50,167 nucleotides of DNA. Origin: Chlorobiota bacterium. Lineage in GTDB: Bacteria; Bacteroidota; Ignavibacteria; Ignavibacteriales; Melioribacteraceae. The stretch spans positions 1 to 50,167 of the forward strand of contig JAADIR010000149.1 of the NCBI GenBank assembly GCA_013151245.1, written 5' to 3'. The notes under the pieces are model-generated. The model did not search any database, had not been told where the DNA came from, and saw nothing but the letters and a program-made list of their open reading frames with translations. A program made the position numbers and the translations under genes. Positions 7,997 through 15,999 of this stretch are shown piece after piece; positions within the stretch are counted from its first letter, which is position 1; each line of letters opens with the position of its first letter.

Positions 7997-10252
7997 TTAT
8001 TTTAAAACCGCCATCTTCTTCGTTTCAGAAAACGCGCCGGCTTGAAGGCGGTAATAATAAATTCCCGAAGAAAGACCGCTTCCTTCAAACGTTACCGAAT
8101 GCCTGCCCGGCGTTTGAACGCCGTTTACAAGCGTCGCTACCTCGCGCCCAAGTATATCGTAAATTTTCAAGGTTACGTTAACCGCGTCATTCCCGCGAAA
8201 GCCGGAATCTGTTGAGTTAAAAGGAATTGAATATTTAATAGTAGTCGTCGAATTTCCGTCGGAACTTTTTGAAAAAGGATTCGGATAATTCTGCGCTAAT
8301 TCAAATGCAGCCGGCGGCGACATTTCAATCTCAATCGTCGGCGAATATTCATAAGCTCCGTTAAAATCAATTTGTTTTAATCTGTAAGAATATTTTCGTG
8401 AAATGTCCGCAGACTTATCGACGAACGAATATTCTTTTGTGTTTACGCTATTTCCCGCTCCTTCCACAAAACCGATTTTTTCCCAGCCCTGGCGGGGCGT
8501 AGTCCCGACAAGTCGGGACGAAGCCCGCTCAATTTCAAAACCTTTGTTGTTAGTTTCCGTGGCGGTTGTCCATCGAAGCGCTACTTTTCCGTTTTCAAAT
8601 TCTCCGGTAAAAGAAGTCAGCTCAACCGGAAACGGAGGATCGACAAGTTTCCCGAACGCCGTTGCCCAGCGACCGTCTTCGCCCGAAATTGTCGTTCCTC
8701 TCGCCATCGCAAATTCATTGAACAGCCAAAAAGATATTCCGTCGCTCGGATCGACGGAAACGCTCGAATAATCTCCCCATCTGTTTCTTCCGCCGCCGAA
8801 TGTTCTGTGATAATAATCTAATCCGGCTTGCAGCGCGCCGAAATAAGGGGTAATTCCGGGCGGATCCACCGGTAATCTCCCTTCATAATAAGCGCCGCAA
8901 AACGTCGAAGAAGCGGAAGCGGCAAATCCGATTACAACTTCATTATTTAAATTAACCGCAATAGACGGATAAAAAGTGTAAGTTCCGACAGCCATCCATT
9001 CTCCTCCGCAGTTTCCCTGGTCAAAATAACCGATAGTTCCTCCCGGCGCCGCGCATTGAACCCAATGCGCCGTCGCCTGCCCGTTATCGGGACCGGAGCC
9101 CGGCAGAAGAGTCATCGTATTATATAAAAAACTATTATTCCAAACCGCGCGCAGCGCTCTTCTATCGCCCGTATCAATTAAATTTGACGTTCCGTTCTGG
9201 GGCGCGTCCGGCATTGATACGCTTGTATTGTCAACATTACCGAGAGGAACATACGTATTCGTAAAAGTCGGCGCCGTGTAAGTTCCTGTAAATTCAATAG
9301 CCGATATAAATTCGTTTCCGGCTGATGTTAATCCGGAATAGCCGACCAAATACCCTAAAACTCCCGGCGGCGGCGGTCCGAACATGTGAGCCGGCTGAAT
9401 TGTTAACGAAGACGCGCCGGCGCTTGTTGTCGGATCGTAAAGATGAACGACAATGGCGGTTCCTCCGTCATAAAATCCGCCCGTTCCGACGCCCTTTTCA
9501 ATAACCCATAAACGGGAACCTTTGTAAGAACCGGACGCTCCGTAAGTATATTGATTCGTTGTAATTAAAATTCCGTCCGGATTTACGGCAAAGCCCGGAT
9601 AATCAGCCCAAGTCGCGCTTCCTGAAATTGAAATGTTTGAATTGATTTGCGTAAAATACCAAGGGGAGTTCGGATCCGAAGAAGAGGAAACCGCAACCAA
9701 TATTCTTGAGCCATTCACCGGATCTCCCGCGGCGACGTCCTGTCTTTCCAAAGCCACGACGACAAATCGGTCGAAATATTGATCGTAAATTACTTTCGGA
9801 TCGAAAAGCGCGTTTACGGGCGAGAGCGGCTGAAAGAAGCTTCCGGCAATCGTTGTTGAATTTTTGCCGAGACGCATTAAAGTAACTCCGGAGCCGTTTT
9901 TATCGCTCCATCTAATACATGTATTATTAACCGCAACCAAATGAGACGGTCCCGCAGCTCCGGAAGGATCCGGCGGCGTATGATAAGAACCGCTTGTTGA
10001 GGCGTCCGTATCAAAATCGACGCCGTAAATGGGAGTAATTGAAGCGATAATACTTTCCGTTGTCGTTTTATCGCCGCCGCCGTTTCCGCTGAAGATCAGA
10101 TTCTCCGCATTCCCGGAATTGAGGGCTTTCTGTAATAAAAAAGCGGCTTCTGCGCCGGCTGATATCTCGGGTTCTTCAAATGTTAAATTTTGACCGATTA
10201 AAATTGTAATTGAGAGGAAGAATATCGAGATAAATAGCGTTGATTTGTTCAT
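7997..10252 (-). CDS. Secreted protein of unknown function, T9SS C-terminal sorting domain
   Basis: 751-aa ORF with a signal peptide (MNKSTLFISIFFLSITILIGQ). The large N-terminal region has no motif I can name (WGDYSSVSVDPSDG, DRRALRAVW). C-terminus NYPNPFS...VTLKIYDILGREVATLVNG...GIYYYRLQAGAFSETKKMAVLK. SD AGGAG lies 8 nt upstream of the ATG. Confidence 0.8.
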   Translation of the reverse strand: MNKSTLFISIFFLSITILIGQNLTFEEPEISAGAEAAFLLQKALNSGNAENLIFSGNGGGDKTTTESIIASITPIYGVDFDTDASTSGSYHTPPDPSGAAGPSHLVAVNNTCIRWSDKNGSGVTLMRLGKNSTTIAGSFFQPLSPVNALFDPKVIYDQYFDRFVVVALERQDVAAGDPVNGSRILVAVSSSSDPNSPWYFTQINSNISISGSATWADYPGFAVNPDGILITTNQYTYGASGSYKGSRLWVIEKGVGTGGFYDGGTAIVVHLYDPTTSAGASSLTIQPAHMFGPPPPGVLGYLVGYSGLTSAGNEFISAIEFTGTYTAPTFTNTYVPLGNVDNTSVSMPDAPQNGTSNLIDTGDRRALRAVWNNSFLYNTMTLLPGSGPDNGQATAHWVQCAAPGGTIGYFDQGNCGGEWMAVGTYTFYPSIAVNLNNEVVIGFAASASSTFCGAYYEGRLPVDPPGITPYFGALQAGLDYYHRTFGGGRNRWGDYSSVSVDPSDGISFWLFNEFAMARGTTISGEDGRWATAFGKLVDPPFPVELTSFTGEFENGKVALRWTTATETNNKGFEIERASSRLVGTTPRQGWEKIGFVEGAGNSVNTKEYSFVDKSADISRKYSYRLKQIDFNGAYEYSPTIEIEMSPPAAFELAQNYPNPFSKSSDGNSTTTIKYSIPFNSTDSGFRGNDAVNVTLKIYDILGREVATLVNGVQTPGRHSVTFEGSGLSSGIYYYRLQAGAFSETKKMAVLK
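8186..8209. repeat. GTCATTCC-type hairpin repeat copy lying inside the CDS
   Basis: gtcattcccgcgaaagccggaatc is ATTCCCGC-GAAA-GCCGGAAT, an 8-bp stem with one mismatch. It shares the GTCATTCC...GCCGG.ATC layout with the intergenic copies at 10344-10369 (reverse orientation) and 10664-10688. On the coding strand it translates as DSGFRGNDA. Confidence 0.55.
8492..8528. repeat. Nested palindromic repeat (core GTCCCGAC-AA-GTCGGGAC) lying inside the CDS
   Basis: gcggggc-gta-GTCCCGAC-aa-GTCGGGAC-gaa-gcccgc: a perfect 8-bp inner stem plus an imperfect outer stem. The same core type (tcccgaa..ttcggga, tttcgacaagtcggga) occurs in the intergenic element at 38444-38622. Confidence 0.55.
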
Positions 10253-10260
10253 GGTTTTAA

Positions 10261-10400
10261 CTCCTAGTAGGCTTTGAATAACCTCTTACCAACCGTCGTT
10301 CCGCGATGGTTTTACACGGAATCTATTCTTATATGGGAGATCCCGGCTAAAAGATTGCCGGAATGACTAGTATTTTAGGTTATTCAAAGTCTCCTCCTAA
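10261..10400. repeat. MITE-like element, ~140 bp with terminal inverted repeats
   Basis: The left end ctcctagtaGGCTTTGAATAACCT (10261-10284) and right end AGGTTATTCAAAGTCtcctcctaa (10377-10400) form a 15-nt inverted repeat with one mismatch. The interior carries a GTCATTCC-type hairpin (atcccggc-taaaagatt-gccggaat...gac). TTAA is present on both flanks (10257-10260 and 10401-10404). No ORF inside. Confidence 0.45.
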
Positions 10401-10663
10401 TTAAATATTAAAATATTCAGCGGGAGAGATCAAAAGCTGAGCGTAGCTTAAAATTAAAGTAAGAAAAAAAACATTTATCCGCAACCCAAAACTTTTTAAT
10501 CGCTTTTCTCAATTCCAAGCAAATTAGCGCCAAATTTAAGATTAGCAAAAACAAAAATTTATGAAAAATATTTGACTCTGAATTGCCGTCAATTCTATAT
10601 TAGATAGATTTTACACAAAGAAATAATTAAGTTTATATTAGAGTTCCTCCAAAATAAGATATT

Positions 10664-10688
10664 GTCATTCAGCCGGCGGCTGAATGAC
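10664..10688. promoter_or_regulatory. Perfect 25-nt palindrome upstream of the radical-SAM operon (operator, cruciform or repeat-family member)
   Basis: GTCATTCAGCCG-g-CGGCTGAATGAC has perfect 12+12 nt arms and lies 85 nt upstream of the ATG at 10773. It begins with the same GTCATTC as the other hairpin copies. Confidence 0.4.
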
Positions 10689-10772
10689 GGAGCGTTTGTT
10701 TTTCAGAAACTCTATTGTTGTATGATAATTATTGCGCTCAAAAAATAATTTCCCGCAGAAAGAAAATCTTTT

Positions 10773-11855
10773 ATGAATAAAGAATTAAATCTTTTCAAAA
10801 ACATAACCGTTTCAAACTTTAAGGATGTTTCCTTTCCTTATAAATTAAATTTTAATTTAACAAACAAGTGTAATTCCAAATGTTTGACATGCAATATTTG
10901 GCAAATTAAATCTTCTAATGAACTTAAAACGGATGAAATAGAAAAATTCTTTAAAAAATCAAATAAGTTTTCTTGGATCGATTTAACCGGAGGAGAAATT
11001 TTTCTGCGGAACGACGCCGCGGAAGTCGCGGAAATCATACTTCGCGAAAACAAAAATCTTTATCACCTTCACATTCCGACAAACGTCGTAAAAAAAGAAC
11101 TGACCGTTAAAAATATCAAAAAGATAATTTCATTCAAGCCGAAAAAATTCACGGTTACGTTCAGTCTCGACGGTCCGGAAAAAGTTCACGATTACGTCCG
11201 CGGCGTTGAAGGGAATTGGCGTTCCGTTATGGACGCTTACGCCGAGTTAAAGTCTTATCAAAACAATCGTTTTGAAATATTTTTCGGATTTACCTTGTCG
11301 AAATTCAATTTCGGGAAATTTGAAGAAACGGTTGAAAGCGTAAGAACGGTTTTCCCGGATGTTTCGTATAAAAAATTTCACATGAATCTGGCGCATTCGT
11401 CCGAGAACTATTATCAAAACAGCGGCGTGGATTTAGGAATTAAAAACAATTACGACGCGCTGATAAAGGAATTCGAGTTTTTCAGGGAACGGAAAAAAGA
11501 ATTGTTTAACCCGATAAATTTTCTGGAAAATATTTATCTTGAACTGCTTAAAGATTATTTAAAGACCGGAGTAACGCCGATAGACTGTAAAGCGCTTTCG
11601 TCGTCGGTTTATCTCGATCCGTACGGCAACGCGCACCCGTGCAGTATTTGGGATAAAAAAATCGGGAACATCCGCGATTTCGATTACGATCTGACGGCGA
11701 TGTTAAATCAAAATATAGTCCCTGAAATTAAACGGGACATTCTAAATAAAAATTGTCCGAACTGCTGGACGCCTTGCGAAGCGTATCAAAGCGTTTTCGG
11801 AAATCTTCGGCAAGCGGGGAAAAAAATATTGTTCAAACGAAACAACGGAAAATAA
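10773..11855 (+). CDS. Radical SAM enzyme with C-terminal SPASM/twitch-like auxiliary cluster domain
   Basis: CNSKCLTCNIW gives CxxxCxxC at residues 33-40. The GGEIF SAM-binding-like motif follows. The C-terminal region is cysteine-rich: C-x12-GNAHPC (G-x4-C), then CPNCWTPC. Confidence 0.85.
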   Translation: MNKELNLFKNITVSNFKDVSFPYKLNFNLTNKCNSKCLTCNIWQIKSSNELKTDEIEKFFKKSNKFSWIDLTGGEIFLRNDAAEVAEIILRENKNLYHLHIPTNVVKKELTVKNIKKIISFKPKKFTVTFSLDGPEKVHDYVRGVEGNWRSVMDAYAELKSYQNNRFEIFFGFTLSKFNFGKFEETVESVRTVFPDVSYKKFHMNLAHSSENYYQNSGVDLGIKNNYDALIKEFEFFRERKKELFNPINFLENIYLELLKDYLKTGVTPIDCKALSSSVYLDPYGNAHPCSIWDKKIGNIRDFDYDLTAMLNQNIVPEIKRDILNKNCPNCWTPCEAYQSVFGNLRQAGKKILFKRNNGK

Positions 11856-11857
11856 AA

Positions 11858-12547
11858 ATGGACGAAGAATTCAGAAGTAAAGTATCCGTAGTGATACCCG
11901 CGCTCAACGAAGAGAGATCGATTGTTGAGATTACCGAAAAGTGTCTGCCGTATTCAAACGACGTGCTGATTATCGACGGGGATTCGACGGACAGAACGGT
12001 TGAACTCGGCAGGGAAGCGGGCGCGAGAATAGTCGTCTGCAAAGAACGCGGCAAAGGACTTGCGCTGCGGAAAGCCATCGCGTACGTAAAAAACGAAATT
12101 ACCGTTTTTATTGACGCCGACGGTTCTCACGATCCTGATGAAATTCCGAATCTCGTTCAACCGATTCTCGACGATAAAGCCGATCATGTTTCCGGCTCCC
12201 GTTTGCTCGGCGGTTCCGACGAACTGCACGGAACTTTCGACGAGTGTTTCCGTTTGATGGGAAGCTCGTTTATTACGGCGATGATCAATTGGAAATTCAA
12301 CGTCCGACTGAGCGAAAGCCAAAACGGTTTCAGAGCCGCAAAGACGGAAGTGCTGCGTTCATTAGACTTGCGCGAAGAAATCACGACTATTGAACAGGAA
12401 ATGATAATCAAAACTTTGAAAAAGGGTTATAGAATGATGGACGTTCCTTCTCACGAATACAGAAGAAAATACGGAGAATCGCACATTAAACTGACGTCGG
12501 TTTCTTATCGTTACGTTTATTCGTTCATTAAATATCTGTTTTTTTAA
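11858..12547 (+). CDS. Family-2 glycosyltransferase, soluble Dpm1/GtrB/ArnC-like (probable polyprenyl-phosphate glycosyltransferase)
   Basis: I chose the in-frame ATG at 11858, 2 nt after the upstream stop, rather than the track start at 11753. VSVVIPALNEE...IIDGDSTDRT...FIDADGSHDP (DxD) is the typical GT2 N-terminal half. It is ~229 aa with no TM segment. Confidence 0.8.
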   Translation: MDEEFRSKVSVVIPALNEERSIVEITEKCLPYSNDVLIIDGDSTDRTVELGREAGARIVVCKERGKGLALRKAIAYVKNEITVFIDADGSHDPDEIPNLVQPILDDKADHVSGSRLLGGSDELHGTFDECFRLMGSSFITAMINWKFNVRLSESQNGFRAAKTEVLRSLDLREEITTIEQEMIIKTLKKGYRMMDVPSHEYRRKYGESHIKLTSVSYRYVYSFIKYLFF

Positions 12548-12566
12548 TTTTTAGGATTTTTGCTCT

Positions 12567-14261
12567 ATGCCGATTTTAGGAATATGGGACGGACACGATT
12601 CGGGCGCCGCGCTGATTGAAGGAAGCGAAATTCTTTTTGCGGTTAATGAAGAGAGGTTGACGAGAAGAAAATTGGAAATACGATTTCCGGCAAAATCAAT
12701 CCAAGCGTGCCTTGATTTCGCGGGGCTTTCGGCGCAAGAGATTCGCGACGTCGCCGTCTCCACAAGCGATCCGGCAAAAACTTTTTCGCGCGTTTTCCCG
12801 AATACGAAAGAGAAATATTATCTGATCAGAAGAAGAAAACTGCCGCTTACAAAAAGCGCCCGCTTAATAAAACAATTGAAATATAAAATCACCGAATTCC
12901 CGCCGAACGCTCTCTCCGAGTATCTTTCGCGGCTCTTCATTGGGAAAGAGTTGTCCGCGCTCGGTTTCCGAAATTTCAACCTCCATATTTTCGATCATCA
13001 TTACTCGCACGCGGCGTCCGCGGCTTTCGGAAGCGGATTCGACAAAGCTTTGGTCGTTACGCTCGACGGACTGGGCGACGGGCTTTCCGGTTCGATTTAC
13101 TTATTTGAAAACGGAAGTCTGAAACCTCTTTCGAAAATTTCCGCGAAGAATTCGCTCGGAATATTTTTTGAACACGTTACGAATTTATTGAACATGCGCG
13201 AACTTGAAGACGAAGGAAAAGTTATGGCTCTGGCGGATTTCTCTCTGCCGTTTTTACCGGAGCAAAATCCGATGATTGAATTCTTTGAAGTTAACGACTT
13301 GGATATTAAAGCCAAATATTCGTCTCTTCAAATGTACGATGAACTTCAAAAAATTCTTTGGCATACGCCGATGGAACAGTTCGCCTATTTCGCGCAGCAG
13401 GCTCTCGATCATCACGTCGTCGCGCTTGTAAAGAACGCGATGAGAAAAACCGGACTCCGAAAACTCGCTCTTTCCGGCGGCGTTTTTTCAAACATAAAAA
13501 TAAACCGAAAACTTCGTCTGGCGGATGATTGCGAACGCTGTTTCGTCTTTCCGCACATGGGCGACGGAGGTTTGGCCGCCGCCGCGGCGATGGCGTTAAA
13601 CCATAAACTTAACGGCGCGTCAAAATATGACATGATAAAAATTTCATTCGGGCTCGGTTTTGAGAACGACGAAGTGAAATCCGCGCTTGAACAATTTGGG
13701 GTTAAATACGAATTTATAGACGAAATTGAAATGCGCGCCGCCGAACTTGTAGCCGATGGAGAAATTATTTTTTGGTTCCGCGGCAGAATGGAATTCGGTC
13801 CTCGCGCGCTCGGGAACCGCAGTATTGTTGCGCGCCCCGATTCTCCGGAAATAAAAGACAGACTGAATCTATTATTAAAGAAACGCGTTTGGTTCCAGCC
13901 GTTTTGTCCTTCGATGCTGGAAAGCGACGCGGAAAGACTACTCGACGATTACGACGGCGACCCTAACTATCACATGACAAATTCTTATATGGTAAAAAAA
14001 GAATTTTTGCAAAATATGCGCGGCGTGATAAATATCGACGGCTCATGCCGACCGCAGACCGTCCATTCTTCGGTTCCCGGATTTTATAATCTATTGAAAC
14101 GTCTGAAAGAGATTACCGGATTCGGCGTTGTTCTGAATACAAGCTTTAATATACACGGACTTCCCTTGGTGTGCCGTCCCGAAGAAGCGCTTGAGGTTTT
14201 TACGTCGTCGAAAGTAAAATATATGATCCTCGAAAATTATCTTGTTTCGAAAGATGAATGA
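12567..14261 (+). CDS. Carbamoyltransferase, NodU/CmcH/TobZ family
   Basis: 564 aa. N-terminus ILGIWDGHDSGAALIEGSEILFAVNEERLTRRK matches the carbamoyltransferase N-terminal (Kae1/ASKHA-like) domain. The size and the C-terminal region (GPRALGNRSI, NTSFNIHG.P) fit the family. Confidence 0.88.
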   Translation: MPILGIWDGHDSGAALIEGSEILFAVNEERLTRRKLEIRFPAKSIQACLDFAGLSAQEIRDVAVSTSDPAKTFSRVFPNTKEKYYLIRRRKLPLTKSARLIKQLKYKITEFPPNALSEYLSRLFIGKELSALGFRNFNLHIFDHHYSHAASAAFGSGFDKALVVTLDGLGDGLSGSIYLFENGSLKPLSKISAKNSLGIFFEHVTNLLNMRELEDEGKVMALADFSLPFLPEQNPMIEFFEVNDLDIKAKYSSLQMYDELQKILWHTPMEQFAYFAQQALDHHVVALVKNAMRKTGLRKLALSGGVFSNIKINRKLRLADDCERCFVFPHMGDGGLAAAAAMALNHKLNGASKYDMIKISFGLGFENDEVKSALEQFGVKYEFIDEIEMRAAELVADGEIIFWFRGRMEFGPRALGNRSIVARPDSPEIKDRLNLLLKKRVWFQPFCPSMLESDAERLLDDYDGDPNYHMTNSYMVKKEFLQNMRGVINIDGSCRPQTVHSSVPGFYNLLKRLKEITGFGVVLNTSFNIHGLPLVCRPEEALEVFTSSKVKYMILENYLVSKDE

Positions 14262-15999
14262 CGCAAAGAGAAATAAAATTTTCTTTATCGCCGCGGCTTT
14301 CCTTTCGGCGGCGGTTCTTACGGTTTTTGTTTTACTTGCAAGTTTTAACGACAATTCATCGCTGAAAAATATTTTAATTAATCTCCACTATTATTTTCTT
14401 GAGACCGATTTTCTCCTTATCATTATTGGCTTTGCCGGCTTGCTGGGGATGATAACCGCGGTATTCAAGAAGATGAACGGACTACAAACGTTTTATCTTT
14501 TGGCTCTGTTAATTATCGCTTTCGTTTTAGCCTCATTTGTCGCGCCGCGGACTCACAGATTATATTACGACGAGGATATTTATCAAAACATTGCGCAAAA
14601 TCTTTCCGCGCTTCACAAGGCTGAGTTGTGCAACGAGGGTTACACCGAATACGGCGTTTATAATTGCCGATCGGGCGAATACAACAAGCAGCCGTACGGA
14701 TATCCGCATTTGCTCAGCCTCGCTTTCCGCGTCTTCGGAGCAAGCGAAACGACGGCGTTCGCTCTCAATAATTTTCTATTCCCCGCGTCCGCTCTGCTGG
14801 TCTTTCTTATCGCTTATTTTCTATTCGGGAATTTTCTGACGGGACTTTTTTCGACGCTTGTTTTTATTACGCTTCCGCAGAATTCGCTCTGGTTTGGCGC
14901 GGCAAACGTTGAGCCGTCCGCTCTGTTCTTCGCGGGACTTTCGTTTCTTGCCGCTCTTTTCTACTTGCGAAAAGGAAATAATTGGTCGCTTATTTTTTAC
15001 GCTTCCGTTCTTGCTTACGCTATTCAGTTTCGTCCCGAATCAATTTTCATCGCTCCGCTGACGCTGTTATTTATTGTCCTTTTGAAGCCTGCGGAATTGA
15101 AAAACGGAAAATTTTATTTTATGATTTCGCTCTTTCTTCTTTTGGCGTTAACCCAGTGGCTTCATCTTTGGGCTGTTCGAAACGACAGTTGGGGAAGTTC
15201 GGCAAACAGAATGGGTTTTGAATATTTTCTCTACAATTTCAAAACTAACGTTCTTTTCTATTTGAGAAACGTAAGATTCCCCGCATTAATAACGCTTCTC
15301 TTTTTTGTTTCATTCTTCGATAAAAAATTTATAAAGCAACGATTTATTATCGCTTTGTGGTTCTTTTCCTTTTGGGGAATATTTCTTTTGTTCTATGCGG
15401 GAAGCTACGACTACGGCGCGGACGTTCGTTATTCGCTCGTTTCATACGTTCCGCTTTCGCTGCTCGCCGGATTCGGGATAGTTAAATTGAAATCCCTTTT
15501 CCCGAAAATGGAAAAACATTTTTCTTGGGTCGCCGGCGCCGTTCTCCTTCTCCAATTTTCGGCTTTTATGCCGTCAATCCGCGCCGAATCGCAGGAAGCG
15601 TGGGCGGCGCGCGCCGATCATAAAGCGGCGGAAAAGTTCGCGGAAATTCTGCCGGAGAATTCTTTCGTCTTTACGCACAATCCGAGCATGTTTCTTCTTT
15701 GGGGAAAGAATGCCGGTCAAACGTCCATAATTACAAATGAAAGATTTTACGTCGATCAAATTATTTTCCCGAAATACAAAGACGAAGTCTATTTCGATTG
15801 GAACTACTGGTGCATCGCGCCGGACTCTGCGCAGAACGGGCTTTGCGACAATGTTTTGAAGAACTATAACGCGAAACCGGTGAAAAAAATTACAGAACAA
15901 AACTATGAATTTGTTTTATACAAGCTCTCTAAAAAGCCGGCAACAAAAATGAAATCGGGAAAGTTTAAAATTCCTGTTCCTCAAAAAAATAACAATTAG
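14254..15999 (+). CDS. Multi-pass membrane glycosyltransferase, GT-C fold (ArnT/PMT, GT39/GT83-like)
   Basis: About 580 aa and highly hydrophobic, with many predicted TM helices. An acidic first-loop motif RLYYDEDIYQN sits right after TM helix 2-3, as in ArnT/PMT-type enzymes. A soluble C-terminal tail follows. ATG 14254 overlaps the upstream stop by 8 nt; the track start is a TTG at 14242. Confidence 0.7.
   Translation: MNDAKRNKIFFIAAAFLSAAVLTVFVLLASFNDNSSLKNILINLHYYFLETDFLLIIIGFAGLLGMITAVFKKMNGLQTFYLLALLIIAFVLASFVAPRTHRLYYDEDIYQNIAQNLSALHKAELCNEGYTEYGVYNCRSGEYNKQPYGYPHLLSLAFRVFGASETTAFALNNFLFPASALLVFLIAYFLFGNFLTGLFSTLVFITLPQNSLWFGAANVEPSALFFAGLSFLAALFYLRKGNNWSLIFYASVLAYAIQFRPESIFIAPLTLLFIVLLKPAELKNGKFYFMISLFLLLALTQWLHLWAVRNDSWGSSANRMGFEYFLYNFKTNVLFYLRNVRFPALITLLFFVSFFDKKFIKQRFIIALWFFSFWGIFLLFYAGSYDYGADVRYSLVSYVPLSLLAGFGIVKLKSLFPKMEKHFSWVAGAVLLLQFSAFMPSIRAESQEAWAARADHKAAEKFAEILPENSFVFTHNPSMFLLWGKNAGQTSIITNERFYVDQIIFPKYKDEVYFDWNYWCIAPDSAQNGLCDNVLKNYNAKPVKKITEQNYEFVLYKLSKKPATKMKSGKFKIPVPQKNNN

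Noticed and set aside
10684-10725. 13-codon ORF (MTERLFFRNSIVV) upstream of the radical SAM/SPASM gene as a RiPP precursor peptide
   Set aside because: It has no Shine-Dalgarno and no Cys/Ser/Thr-rich core, and it begins inside the palindrome arm. The operon context (GT2, carbamoyltransferase, GT-C) argues for a sugar or lipid substrate rather than a peptide.
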